From: Paraspadella gotoi
Lineage: Eukaryota; Animalia; Chaetognatha
Assembly (NCBI GenBank): GCA_051294375.1
Contig: JBJCIZ010000028.1
Span: 868,437 to 932,436, forward strand
Direction: 5' to 3'
Length of the DNA stretch: 64,000 nt
The first letter of the stretch is position 1, and every line of letters starts with the position of its first letter. This document shows positions 31,709-45,800 of the stretch, piece by piece. A model generated the notes under the pieces. The model had not been told where the DNA came from. It made no database searches and worked only from the letters and a program-made list of their open reading frames with translations. The position numbers and the translations under genes were made by a program.

Positions 31709-34700
31709 ATGCCAGGTAAAAAAATATTACATTCCTTTGGTAGAGGTTTTTCCATGAAAAAAAAAATATTTAAAATTCACTAGGCTCCTTTTTCCCGGAG
31801 ACTCATTCGGAGAAAATATACAAGAGCGGTGGCTGCTGTTCTCTTGCCTTTTCATTTTCGGCCGTGGCCACTGGCCAATATCGGTGCATATCGCGATGTT
31901 TTAATTTTTAATCTCGATAGTCGATATCGATCGATGAATTTATTGTGACGATTTTGTAATCCTTTAAAATAAGATTTATTGGATTTTCCAGATTTGGCAC
32001 TTTGTATTCTTTTTTTTATCCTTTGTTCCCTTCATCCTTTCTCCTTTTTTTCGTTTTCCTTTACTGGTTTCGTTCCCCAACGGATTTCTTTTTTTCTCTT
32101 ATAAACTTCCCATCGATTTTTCTTTTTCCCTACGTTCCGTATTTCCGCCGAGGATTTTTTTTTCTCTTCCTCGTCCTCGGTTTCTATTTTTGACTTTATT
32201 TGCCAAATTGCATTCCCTCTCCGATTTTCTCAATTCGTCCCGCAGCGTTGGATATTCCATCTATGATTTTTATAATTATGAGGAAGAAAATAAATCGAAG
32301 GTTTTTGATCGTTTGATTACTGATTGCTGATTGCAAAGTATGTCAATGTCTACCTTCTCGATGTAGCAGAGGACCCGAGGACCTTAATCTCATTTAAAAT
32401 GAACCGAGATTCCCACCCTTCCCCCGTCCCCAGGGTTGGACGACGCTGAGACGGACGACGCCTCCTCTTCCTCTTCTCCGGATGGGCGTGGCCTCGCGCG
32501 CGAGTTACGCTCTCTCGAGGCGGAGACGCGGGCGAAACGTCGGGTGTTGGCCGACGTCGCCGACGATCTCGATCAGGTCAGTAGCCGAGGTTGTCATTTT
32601 TTTGTGACGTTGAGGTGGGAAATCTCATTTGCATATTGTAGTAAATTTATTGGCGACGGATTATAAAAAGACTTTTGTTCTTGCGGATGAAAGTTTTATG
32701 AAATCGTTTTCAACTGTTAAATTTATATACAATGAGAGACGCTGACTTGAAGGGTAATTTTTATTGGTTTTTTTTGGAAAATATATTTGTATGTAAGAAT
32801 TTGCAACTGAAAACTCATGATTACTATTTAATAGAGATCAATATTTCCGATTTTGGTTTCATTGACTGTGAAATTTTAACATCTTCTGGCGAACATCGGC
32901 TTCGTGAGCTTTAAATAATTGAAAAATATTTTTTTTTGGTGTTTATTTTCAATTCGTTCTCGTTGTTAATTTGTTAACATGATCGTAAACAAAAGAGAAA
33001 CATTTATAAAAAAGGTAACCATCTCACAGAAACGCGACGAAGTAGAACGACTCCGCGCCGACGACCGACGCCTCAACCGCCGCCACGCCTCCTCCATGAA
33101 ATCCTTGATCCGCGAAAAGGCTGCGTCCGCGGCAGCAACGGCGTCGGCGCGCCGAGAACGCCCACTCGCTTCCGGCGCGCCCGAAGATGACGTCTCCCAT
33201 TCTCAATTTCGATCAACTGGTCATCCGGCGTTCATCCCCGGCGCCCAGCCTCGTTTCGACTGTCGCCAGGCGTTCTGGGCGGATAGATCCGCCTCGGCGC
33301 CGGCGCCGCCTCCCCCTCATTATCAGGCGGTGTTTCACCCGCCGGTTCCGCCGCCAGCGCCGCCGCCGCAAATCTTCGCCCCCAACGAGCAAATCCTGGC
33401 GGACGTCCTCGCCGCCAAAAGGTCGGAACTGGCTCGAGTCGAGCGGCGCTTGGAGGAGTCGACGGAAGAGTTGAGGGATGCCAAGCGGAGGGCGGCGGAG
33501 GCGCGGGCGGAGGCGGAAGGTCTGGAGGCGAGGATCGAGGCGAGGAGGAGCGTAGCGGAAGAGGAGGAGGCGAGGGCGAGGTGAGGGGCAAGAGGGGAAG
33601 GTGGGATTGATTGGTTTATCGATGTGATGGGATGATTGGTTAGATTTCACAGTTTGATTGAATGATTTGACTGGTTCACGTTTTTAATTTAATGGTTTGC
33701 TGGTTTAAATTTTGATTGAATAGACATTTTCAACGAATGATTTTGTTGTTTTTTTTTTTAAAGGCAATTAGTACTTACTCGATTGCTTACAATAATCGCT
33801 CGGTGAATTAATGATTTAATTTTATTAAGTTTGTCTTGGTTTGTTTATTTTTAAATTTTTTTTTTGATAAATCGAGCGATTAATTCATGGTGACTTTATT
33901 TCCCGTCCAGAGAATCCCGCGCCCGCGCCAAACGCATCGACGACCTCCTCGAAGATCGCGAGCGACGTTTGGCTTCGGCGGAATCCGACGACGCCGAGCG
34001 ACGGCGCGCCCTCGAGCGGGTCGTCCGCGTCGCTCGGAGCAAGGACGAGGAGTTCCGGAAGTTGGCGGCGGCGATCGAGTCGGAGGAAGCGAGGAGGAGG
34101 GGGATCGGAGACGAGGTAATTTGATTAATTTAATTAAATAATGTTTAAATAATAGTTATTTATTAATCTCTATTCACCGTTCGTCCCCAGGTGGCGTCGT
34201 TGGAGACCCGCTCCGCGGAGCTGAAGGGGGAGTTGGCGGAGAAGGAGAGTCTGATTCGAGAGGCGGCGTCGGAGTGGGAGGCGTTGAGGACGGCTTTGGA
34301 CGAGGGCGGGAAGGAGTTGAGGGCCTTGGATCAGGTTAGGGTTGGGGGGGGATGCAGCGTGATTTGTTCTTTTTGTTACAAAGGGAACAGATGCTTTCTT
34401 ATTTTATTAACAGATTGTTAGGGTTTGAGTTTGAGTTCATTAATCCTATAATTCCTATTTGCATATAACATTTCAAATTTTCAATATGCGTTCTATTTAT
34501 TGGTTTCGCTGAGTTTAATTTTGTGATATATTTCGTTTCAGAATAATGATTGAAGGTTTATTTCTTAACTATATAGTTGACTCCGCCCCTATATAAATCG
34601 TCTTCGTACGAAAATTAATTAAGTTTGGTTGAATTAGGACGATTTTTTTCCAGCGGCCGGTTGTCGTGTGTCACCTTGTATTACAATTTCCACAATTTTC

Positions 34701-37700
34701 CAATTCCTTTTCCCTGTAAAAAAAAAACACCCCAGGCTCTGGGCAAAGAGCGAACCGCTTTGGCGGCGGCGAATCGGACGGCGGAGAAGAAGCGAGTGGA
34801 GCGACGTCGAGCGGAGGAAGAGGAGGAGGAGAGAAGGAGGGAGAGAAGAGAGGAGGCGGCGTCGGTCGAGAAACACTTGGCCGACTTGGAGGCGGAGAAG
34901 TCGGCGTCGGCCGAGGAAGCCGACAGGTTGAAGAGGGAGTTGAGCGCCCTCGCCAAGAGAACGAGGGACGAGGTAGAGGCGGTGGAGAGATTGAGGGTGG
35001 CCGGGGACAGAGCGAGGGAGGAGAAAGAGGAAGAGGAGGGGGAATTGTCGAGGCTGAGGGAAGAGGTAAGTTAAAAAGTGAGAATTAGACCATCTGTCTA
35101 AAACTTACTTCATTACTCAACTTCATTCTTCAGTTGGAACGGGTCTCCACCGAGCGCGCTGCTAAGGCTTCGTCCCTGGAGGAGTTGGCTGCCGCCGTGA
35201 CGAGCAACGAGGAGATGCTGGACAAGCTCGTCGCGTTGAGGAAGGGGGCCGAGGAGGATGTGGGGGAGTTGAGCGAGATGCTGCGAGGTGAGGTTGCTGC
35301 TGATATTTCGAGGGTCAATTCGTGAAATGCGATTTATTGCTGAATCTTCAATGCGATGTTTAAAACATACGACAGAGAGAAACGATCTGCTCCATCAATA
35401 TTACTGCAATATGCAAATTAGATTTTTCTTTCGTCTTTTTCAGGCCTCAAACGTGACGTTGATCTTTTGTCCGAAGAGAAGAAGGAGATCGACGATCAAG
35501 TACGCGAACTTTTTAAGCAGAAGAAGATTTACGAGACGGAGATGGAGAAAGTTCAGGCGGAAGCCAGGAAGGCCGAAGCGGAGAGGGACGAGGCCGTCGA
35601 GGTTTGATATGTGGGCTGGAAATTAGGGGGGGGGCAGAGAAAGGGGTTGATTGATTGATTGATCGCTTTGAACATAATTTGTGGGTTAGTCTTGCGGATG
35701 TGGTTTTGTCCTGGCCGGCTCCGTTCGCCTTTGTCTGAAGTTGGTTTGAAATAGGAAAAGAAACATCAATCACTCGAGTGGCACATTCGGAAGAATCACT
35801 GATGAAAATTAACTCGGAACAATTTAAACGTCCTGAAGCAAACTGCAATATGCAAATTAGTTTTCTTTCCCGTTTTTCGCCCTTCAGGAAGTGCACGTGA
35901 CTCGCGGACGCGTGGATCGACTCAAGACCGAGATCGATTCAATCGAGACGGAAATTCGGATGGCGAAGGAAGAGCGGAGTCGATTGGAACGCCGCAAGGC
36001 CGAGACCGACGCCGCCGCCGCCAACGCCGCCGACCAACTCGCCGCTCTTAGAGACAGAGTCGCCGCCGCCGCGGAAGAGGCCGACAATGTCGGCGAGGAG
36101 ACCCGTCGGCTGCGGTCGCAGAGGGAAGAAGTTTTGGCGGATGTTCAAAGGGAGTCGGCCAAGCTGGAGATGATCGTCGAGCGGAAGGAGGAGGCGGAGG
36201 CCGAGGCGGCCGCGGCGGAGCGGGAGGCTGCGGCGAAGAGAGAGGACAGAGAGACTGTGGAGGGAGAGTGGGAGAGGACCTTGCAAAAGTTGGTGAGGGC
36301 GAGGAGACAGGCGGAGGAAGAGGAGCGAAAAGCGGCGGAGTTGGAGCAAAGGATGGAGCGACGAAGGGGGGAGTTGGCGGAGGCGGAAGAGGAGATGGAG
36401 CGGGCGAGGGAGGAGGTAGCGAGGAGGGGAAGGACGAGGGAAGCGATCGAGAGATTGGAGGCGGAGAAGGAGGCGTTGGAGGGGAGGTTGAGGGAAGGGG
36501 AGCAGGTGAGTCAGGGTGGGGAGGGAATGTGGGGGGGCAATTATTGTCGATTTAAATTAAAATTCATTTACAGCAAATTTATATGAAACTGTTACAATCA
36601 ATAATTAAATTATTCATTCATTCATTCAATAATGAGGCAATCATGCCCCTGACTTTGGACACAATGTGTTAGGGGGCAAACCTTGCGGACCCCCTAACGA
36701 GTCAATGGGTGGATGCAGACCAAAGAGTCTCGGCGTTGCTCGTATGCCACTGGACGCGGGCAGCAGGGCGTCATCAGTTTCACTAGCCCAGAGTCACTAC
36801 ACTGTAATATTGTATATCAAGACTCAAGAGAGAACACAATGGATCAGTAACCACAGCTTAGTGTGCACAAAGGGACACAAATGGACACTGTCCAATGGAC
36901 AGACTATGATAGCATAAGGCCTCTATCCTCCTTGCAAGATAATAACATAGCAGAGCCCGCAAGCCTTGTTAGATTCGTCTCCATCAGCTTTCGATCAAGA
37001 CTTTTTTTATTGTTTCGTTTCATAACTGACTTCCCTATCAATCCTCAACCTTCAGCTCGCGGACCGGCTCCGTCGAGAGCGCGACGACGCGGCGGCTGCG
37101 GCTGCGGCGGCGTCAGAGGCGACGGCGATGCTTCGTCTCTCCGTCGCCGAGGAGAACGAGAGGCGATCCAAGAGGGAGGAGGAGGAGGAGACGAGGAGAA
37201 GGAAAGCGAGGGAGGAGAAAGAGAGGAACGAGGAGGAGATGACGAGGAAGCTGGAGAAGGCCGAGGAGGAGAAGAGGAGAGCGAGGACGGAGGCTGAGGA
37301 GAATCTGAAGGAAGCGGAGAGATTGGCGGAGGAATTGAACGGCGTTAGACAGGTTGGGGGGAGGGGGGAAATTGTGGTGGGGAGCGAAGCTGAGGGGGGC
37401 CCCCCTTGCCAGTTAGTTTGATACCCCGAGCCCTGGGTAGTGGGTATCCACAGTCAATCCCGCAGTTGCCATAATCGGCCGTTCAATGTTTAACCCTTGA
37501 TGTTTAAAATACGCGGCTGATTATCGATCACTGATTTGGCCAATTCGGTCAGAAAGCATTTAGCAGTTTAATGATTAGGTTTTGTAATTAGGGAAAAGGA
37601 TTTAATGCTCATTTCTCATCCAAAATCCATCCAGGAATTTCTCGACTGCAAACGCGAGACGATCGCTTTGACCGCGCGAGTGACGGACGAGCGGAAGTTG

Positions 37701-39412
37701 ACGCGCGCGCTCGGCCAACTCCGCGCTGACGTGTGGAACGCGTTGGAGGATCAACTCGCCGTTACGCGAGAGATCGGACGGGGCGTCGAAAGCGTCGAAG
37801 GTTGGGTCCAAAGATATTTTATCGTCGATTTAGTAATTCTATTAGATAGTTGTATGGAAGTTATTTTGTCCCCGTTTTTTTTTTCACAGGCTATGTTGGG
37901 TTTAGTCCTTTATCCCTCTAGCAAAATAATCACATTGCCAAGACCCTGCAAGCTTTACAATTTTAAAACATTTATTTTTATGCCTAGCTTCGCCGGATCC
38001 TCTGCCCGTCAAGAAACCCTTTTCTCTTTCTATTTCTCACACTCGAGCTTGTCCCTTCTCCGTCTCCTTTCGCCAAAGAGATGACAACAACCACAACAAC
38101 AACGACGACGTCGAAGAAACCGACGACGGCCTCGCTCGCCAAATCGACGCCCTTCGCCGCAACATGGCCGAGGCGCGCCTCAAGCTGCTCGACCGCGATG
38201 AAGGACGAAGCCACGCCCCTTCGATCGAGGCCTCGTCCGGCGCCAAATCCCCGCTGCTGCTCGAGGATCCCTACCGACGCCAGGGACGCGAGAAGTTCCT
38301 CGAAGACTCGATCCGCTTGAAGAAAGAGTTGAGAGAGAAGATGGCCGCCCACGCGGAGAAGTTGGAAGCGGGAATGACGAGGATGTCGACGGAGTCGTTG
38401 AAGGCGCTGAGGAGACAGGTTGAGGGATTGGAAGCGGCCTTCGCTGACGACGGCGGAGTCGGTGGCGGCGACGGGTCGTCTTTCCGGAATCGAACAATTC
38501 CAAATCCGGCGTCGTTCTCTCTTCGTTCAAATCGCGGCGCTTATTTTCTTCCGCGCACGCTCGGCGTCACCGGCTGCGCTTTCGACCCCAACACGGCAGC
38601 GACGACATCGACGCCGAAACGCGGCGTCGCTGCGTCGGAGGAGCAGCGCAGGTTTTTGAGCGGATCGGCGTCAATGCTGGATTCTGTTCAATTGGATGCT
38701 CAGGATCGTAGGGAAATTCCCTCGACATCTCGAAGCGAAGATCGACTTCATTTCGCTTCTTTGGATCGTCCTCTCGCCCGACCCGTTGCCGACTCTTTTG
38801 CTCGTCCTCTCGCCCGATCCCTTGCTCGACCTTGCGCCCGACAAGATCCTCTTTCGACGAAACCTTCGGAGTCATCGACTTCGCTTCCGACGCTTCGAGT
38901 CACGACGCCTTCGGAGCAGTGCGGCGGCGAGGCGAAGGCCGAGGCGGATAGGGAAAGAGGTCAGTTTGGTTTAAGGCTCGGAAATTATACTTTTTAGTTC
39001 GTTCGTATACACATACCACTAAACTTGATTACTGAAACTTTATACTGTATATTACCCAATAAACTCATTTGCATATTGGAGTCAGTTTCTTTTGGGAGAG
39101 AGAATAGTCAATGTTTTAAACATGTTTATTTTTTGTTGGGGTGTTTTTGTTTTTTTTCGCAAACTGAAATTAACCCTCGTTGGAGCTTGTTTTAGGATTA
39201 AGATTCTCTCCACGGGCACAGCCAATTATTTTTCAATGATTAATATATTACTATAATATATAATAGGTATTGAAGCGGAAGTCGACGACTCTATACGCGA
39301 CGCCCCCGATTGGAGACGCGACGACCCCGCCAGCGCCGGGAGTCTCCATTTCGAAATGCCTCACCCCGACGACGTCGCAGTTGACAAAGGATTCGTCGGC
39401 GACGTCGGTTGA
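31709..39412 (+). CDS. Long coiled-coil protein, centriolin/CEP110-like C-terminal half
   Basis: Exons 31709-31715, 32434-32576, 33030-33580, 33911-34115, 34191-34334, 34736-35065, 35134-35287, 35444-35601, 35888-36505, 37056-37352, 37635-37800, 38081-38958, 39267-39412. E/R/A-rich heptads and a Pro-rich patch. REKFLEDSIRLKKELREKMAAHAEKLEAG..SLKALRRQVEGL resembles the recalled centriolin C-terminus (REKLRHREDRLKAQLRHCMSKQAEVL..TLHSLRRQVDAL). Confidence 0.7.
36605..36960 (-). mobile_element. Longer family C copy (SINE/LINE-tail-like, (TGAA)n 3' end)
   Basis: The reverse complements of 36910-36960 and 36605-36665 match the two halves of 25410-25512, with ~240 bp extra between them. It ends in attcattcattcattc on +. 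Confidence 0.6.
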
Positions 39413-39966
39413 TGTCAATCACTCATCTTTCCTTTATTTTCTATCTCTCTCTCTCTCCCTCTCTCTCCCTCTCTCCCTCTCCCTCCCTCTTTTTCTCCTC
39501 TCTAGCCTTAGATCATCTGATGACTCAATACTTCGAGTTTCGACTCATTTATAATCTTCTTGCCTTCGACTGCCACTGTTTCTCATTGCTCACTTTTAAC
39601 TAGATCATCTTGTTTAGTAACGATGTTGCAATTCGTTTAGCCCGATCGTGAATTTAGAGTTAGTAGCGATGTATCTAGTAAATGCTACATACAATTACAT
39701 TTTCAATGCCACACTCTCGAATAAATCGGTGCTTCATTTTTTTTCCCGGACCTGATTACAGTATTATATATTTTACAATTACAGTATTCGCACTCAAAAG
39801 ATTCCAGATTTTAACCTCAACGGCAATTGATTACTTGTTACTTGTTAATTGTTTTTTTTATTACCCAGAATATTTATTATTTTTAACCGTGAATATATTT
39901 TTCATGTTCCAGATAATCAAAACTTAAAAAAAAAAATGTTTCTTTGAAACAAAAGACCAATCGTCA

Positions 39967-41638
39967 TGGTTTCGACACGAGCCGCTTCGTCGGCGGCGAA
40001 GATGGCGTCGTCGGAAATCGGCGTCGCCTTGAAGAGCGTCTTGCGTCGGATAGACGTCGCCGCTGGACAACGCGAAGGGGGCGCGCCGCCGACGGGTCAG
40101 TCACTGGGATAAAAAGTCACGGTGCCTACGAGGACTCGAGATTAAAAAAAAAAAAAGAATTCTCGTCTCATTTAATTCTCCAGTTCCCCGTCTGGTGGCA
40201 GTTTCCAAAACGAAGCCGGTCTCCGCCATCGTCGACTGCTATCGCGCGGGTCAACGCCACTTTGGCGAGAACTACGCCAAGGAACTCCTCGTGAAGGCCG
40301 CCGACGGAGACGTCTTGAGACTGTGTCCGGATATTCGGTAGTTGGGGAAGAAGAGATGAAAATATTTATTAAAAGATAGATCAAAAAGTTTATATTTGCT
40401 TTAATTTTTGTTAAAATTAAATTTAAAAAAAAAACATTTTAGGATACCTGCGAAATTGGTATAACCGATATAAAAATTATTTTTTATAATATTTAATTTA
40501 TTATTATTTAATTTAAATTTAATTTATTATTTAATTTATAATATTTATAATTATTTTTTAAACTCTTGCCCCCAACTATAAACGCATTGGGCAGGCGATG
40601 GTGGGATTAAATTTATATCGACATAAGACATTAGTAATTTCTAAACGGACAGACCGACCGAAAAAAGGGCTAAGATAACTCTCGTCCGTCGACAGATGGC
40701 ACTTCGTAGGTCCCACCACGCGACGCTCGACGGCAAAAGTGTTGGCGCGATGTCCGAATCTCTTCGTCGTGGAGACGATAGGAGGGAGAGACGCCGCCGA
40801 CGCCCTCGACGAGGCGCTGGGGAAGAGGAAGAGGGACAGGCTCGACGTTATGATCCAAGGTTTGATTCGGAGTGAGCCCGAATATCAATTGATAATTTTA
40901 TATATATAAGTTTACTATTTAGTATTAATTATTAATTTCTATTTTTTTTTATCTCTCTCTCTCTCTCTCAGTCAACACTAGCGGCGAGGCCCAAAAGAGC
41001 GGGGTGGCTCCCGGCGTCGAGACGCTGGCGTTGGCGCGTCACGTGACCGACGCCTGCGTCAACCTCCGTCTCGCTGGACTCATGACCATCGGGTCCTTCG
41101 GCCACGACGACGCCGAAGGTTATTTCACCATTTCCATTTCACCATTTCACCATTTCACCATTCCCAGGACGGGAGAGATTCGCCTCTTTTTTTTAATTAC
41201 CAGCAAATCTTCTATTTTTGACAATCCTTTTCACCTTTTGTTTCCCTTCCCTTCTCTTTCTTACCTTTTCTTCCCTCTTCTTCTTTCACTTGGTTCTGCC
41301 CCGACTTTCTCCCTTCCTTGGTTATCTCTTCTTTCTACCCTTCCCTCTTCCTTTCCTTAACTTTTTACCTCCTTCTCTTCTCTACTTTGTCCTTTCCTCT
41401 CTCTCTCACCCCTCTGCCCCCATCTTTCCTCCCATTGCCCCCCGTCCCCCCCCCAAGGCCCCAACCCCGACTTCCTCCGCCTCCTCTCCACCCGCTCCTT
41501 CGTCGCCGAAGAGTTGGGCCTCCCGTCGACGACCTCCAACTCAGCATGGGGATGTCGGAGAACTTCGAGCAGGCCGTCAGACTCGGCAGCACCAACCTTC
41601 GCGTCGGGAGCCTCATTTTCGGGGAGAGAGACAAATGA
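39967..41638 (+). CDS. PLPBP: Pyridoxal phosphate homeostasis protein (YggS/PROSC family)
   Basis: Exons 39967-40095, 40184-40337, 40696-40859, 40972-41118, 41458-41638. [72 protein letters not shown] 1-bp deletion in a C-run near 41522 is a likely assembly error. Confidence 0.95.
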
Positions 41639-42271
41639 TTACTGATTAGTAATGTGGTGAATTTACATTGTTTTTACGTACTTGTTATTTTTTCTTCGTT
41701 GGAGAGCAATAACGCCAACTCACAAACTAATGGTAATGGGGTTAACTCATTATCCTCTACCGTTTTACTTTGTAACCGTTTTTGATTGATATAATTGTTA
41801 TTTATTTATTACATTATTATCATTGCAGCCAAACTGAAAAGATATGGCTTCCGAGGATAGCGAAGTAGAGAAAGGAGAAACCTTCGTTCAGGAGTCTTAA
41901 CCCTCATTCCGCATTAAGAAAACAAAACAAAAACAAAACAAAAAACAGAAAACTCGTTCAATCCTTTTTTTTTAGTTTTCTCTCAAATCAAAACCCAACT
42001 TGGAACAACTTTGACCTCTTCTCAAGAAACAAAACAAAAGCAAAACAAAATTTAAAAAAAAAACAGCTTGTAAGAATTTTTTTGATTGAAAACATTATTT
42101 TTCGTGTGGACGCGCATTTATTTTAGCAATATTCGTGCCTTAATATAAACTAAGCGATTGCGACGATAATAAAAAAAAGAAATTGACATAAAACTACCGT
42201 CGCGAAACCGTTTCGGAAATATTTCTCTTTAGACTTTACGATCGTGTAAACAATTTGGAGAAAATATTAAG

Positions 42272-42347
<76 letters not shown>

Positions 42348-42855
42348 CGCTCCACCGCGTCGCCCCGCAGCGGGCACGACGGCAGCACCGGGCACGGACG
42401 GACGGCGACAAAATCCTGCTTGGCAGGTTGTATTTTTGCCATTTTTTGATTTACGAGAATCGAGGGAAAAAAAATAACACGAAAGATTTAAAAAAAAAAA
42501 AACAAGAATACTAATACTTTTAAATCGACGATCGACAAATTTTCGAATCCGATATAAATAAAATACGAATTGAATTTTTCCCCGATCGGCGAAACTCGTT
42601 TTTTTTCTTATNNNNNNNNNNNNGGTTTCGTCGTCGTCGTCGTCTCCGGATCGAGCAAAGGGCGTGGATGATTGCGTCGAGTTTGTCGCTTCACTAAAAG
42701 TGACAATCACACGTAAACCAAAATGACCTGACCCGAAAAAGAAGCGGCCCCGTCTTTCTTCTTCCCCTTCCCCCTTCCTTGCCCCCTCCCCCCCCCAACC
42801 GGCGCCGACTTTTTCTCTCCCTTCCGCGGGCGCCCTCGGCGCCACTCCAATTAAA

Positions 42856-45800
42856 ATGGACAACGACAATAAAATGGACGGCGTCGCAGGCGCCTCATCG
42901 ATCTCGCGTCATTCCCTTCGGCGTCGCGACGACGGCGCCGGCTGCGACGACCTCGAAAACGGCGCCACATCCGGATCAACGGCGCCGCGTCGAACCGGAA
43001 GTAGCGCCTCTTCGGCGTCGTCGTCGTCGTCGGCGAATCTGAGACTCGGCGACGTCCGCGTTTTGTACGATTACGAATACGAGAAGAAGGACGGGACGTC
43101 GGTCTCTATCCTCGCCGGACAGTTGTACTCATTGGTGAGTCGGGAGAGACGGACGGACGGATTGGGGTATGTATAGGAGGGTATGTATGCCTATGATAAG
43201 GGAAGTATATTCTTAAGTACCAATATGCTCAATATTTAATCAGCTTAACTATGAATGCGAGAGAGAACTGAATGAAAATGAATAGACGGGGACCTTGGAC
43301 AAAATCTTTAGATACGGACGTAACAGGATTATATTACTCGAGTCGCAGATGTTGCGACATAGTTAACGAATGTTAAAACTCGGACAACAGATGAGTTGAC
43401 AAGGCGACGTTAAAGACGTTAAAGACTGGGAACAACGGATGGTACGACACACAACTTGACAATCGGACATTAGCCAAATATGGGGGGGGGTTTTAACGGA
43501 GGTGAGGTAACTGAAGTCTAATTACTGTAATAAATTATACTTAAGCATTGATTGGTTCTTTTTTTTTCGTGTAGAAAAGAGATTATAATATAGTAAAAGA
43601 ACTCGCCTTTTTTTTGTTTTTGGGTGTGGACAGCGATTAGGCCAATTAGGTTTGAAGAGTTCGCTCTTGTCTAAGGAATAAAAAAAAAAGTCCGGTTATT
43701 TAAAAATTCAAAGGGTCACGAGGGTTCAGTTTTCTAATCCGCTGTTCTTGTCCGTGCAGAGTTTTATTCCTCTGATCTAATCCAATTTCAAACCGTAAAT
43801 CGGTGTCTCTTATTTTCTTCTAATTAGAACTCGATTCTCTTCTCGTTTGTCGAAGCGATGAGTCATGTCGTGACGTTATTCGTCCCACGTCAATAATCTT
43901 TCATAATTTCTGGTTGTCAGTCTTTTTTTCTTTTCCGAATTGCTCGTTCCGGTTAGTCGAGTTATTTCGATTATTTTACTAAGCAAACAACCGTAACTTG
44001 ATAATTTAAAAAAAAAAAAAGATGTATAAGTTCCTGAAACCTGAAGCCGAGGCAAAGCAGGGGCGTGACACATTGAGGACCTGTTCTTCAAGAGGACTAA
44101 AGGGATCTTAGCAGTCAGTTGGTGACATCAGTAGGCCGATGCACCACTGTAACTCTCGTGGTTTTTGAGTAGAAGAATAGGACAAGCTTCTGTCGGCAGT
44201 AATATGCGCAAGGCCAAAAGTCCGGCCAATGTCACGTGCAACTGAGTGATGAGACAATCATGTAAATGTAGTAACAAGAACCAAAGAGCGACAGGAAATA
44301 AAACTGTAAAGCAAAATGAGGCACAAACCATAAATAAGGCACATAATAAAGTAATAAAACCAAAGATAAATGTCTATAAAAAAGTCAGAAGGCATGAACG
44401 TAACCGTAACAGTGGTCCTTCAAAAGTGAAAACATAAATCAGGGTATATGTCATAATTTAATTCCAGTTTGTTTAAACTCACGTCAGCGTACCGCATTCT
44501 TTTTTCTTTTTCTTCTCCTCACATCCAGGTCGACCGGACCAACGACGTCTGGTGGCGAGTGAAGCCCAACGAGCGAACCCTCCTCGCGCCGGGCATGAAG
44601 TTCGGAAAAGCCTTCTACGTCCCGGCCAACTACGTGGAGGAGATCGTCGCCGAGAACTCAGTCAGCCGCAGCAGCAGCCGCGCCAGCAGAAACGATTCGA
44701 CCAAACGGAGCAGCGACGGCATGGCGGCCGCTGTCGAAGCGGCTGCGACGAGGCGACGCGACGAGGACGACGGACGAGACGACGATGGAGACCGCAACGT
44801 CGACTGCAGCAGCAAAAAGTCGGTGGCGGAAAAACGAAAGTCGTTCGAACTCATGACCGCCTCGACTCCCGCGCCGTCGGCCCACGGTGGAGGCTCGTTC
44901 AGGGTGACGAGGGAAGGGAGCTTGAAGAGTAGAGAGGGAAGTTTAAAGGCCAAGCAAGAGAGTCTCAAGGGGCGGGAAGGAAGTTTAAAATCTCGTGGTC
45001 CTCCACCGGCGACTCCGACTCGACCCGTCGCAGTTCCGAGAAAGAGCGAGGTCGACTCCGAGGACGAACCTCATCATCCTCTCCCGCTTTCAACTTATTC
45101 TCCCTCTTCGAGTCCTTCGTCGAGAGAAAGAGATCCTTCAAGCGCCACTAACGGCGTCCCTCTCTCCTCCGCCGATCCTCGTCCGTCTTCCACTTCCTTC
45201 AAACCCTCATCCCTTAAATCCACCTCCCCGCTCTCGGCTCAATCGGCTTCTTATGACTCGGGCATCGACAATCCCTGCTACGGTCGCCTCGACGAAGTCA
45301 GGGCCGCCGCCGCCAAGATCGGCGGCAGCGGGGAGAGCCTCGAACCAGCGCCCGACCGGGCTACCGACGGTTCGAGCGAAGAAGCCCTCGGCCCCGATCG
45401 ACGAGCTTCTTCTGCGGACGAACTCCGCGGCATCGAAGTCGTCGACATCGTGGCGCCGACCGTCGACGCCAACGAGCATCGACCGGCGGTCAAACTCTCT
45501 TCCTTCGCGACGCCGGCGGTCAACGAGAGCCTCGTCGCCTCATTCGCCGTGAGTTTGGAACAAAGCAAAAGTCGCCACGCCTCCGTCGACGAAGTGTTCG
45601 ACGCGTCGGCGGCGGCGGCGTCTTCCAAGCGGACGTTCGTCTCCAAGGCGGCCACGCTGCCCGTGGTGCTCCCGCCGAGAGTTCCCACGCCCAATATACT
45701 CGAGGACGATGCGGCGACAACGACGACGAGAGCGGAAACGTCGACGTCGAAGAGTTTGGAGCGCGATCCGGGACTCCCGAGGAAGATGGAGGCGTTCGGA

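Noticed and set aside
35795-39545. Other CTGATGA boxes (35799, 39517) as hammerheads
   Set aside because: No GAAA box after a stem II.
41515-41530. Frameshift in the PLPBP last exon
   Set aside because: One missing C in a C-run restores [16 protein letters not shown]; typical homopolymer error.
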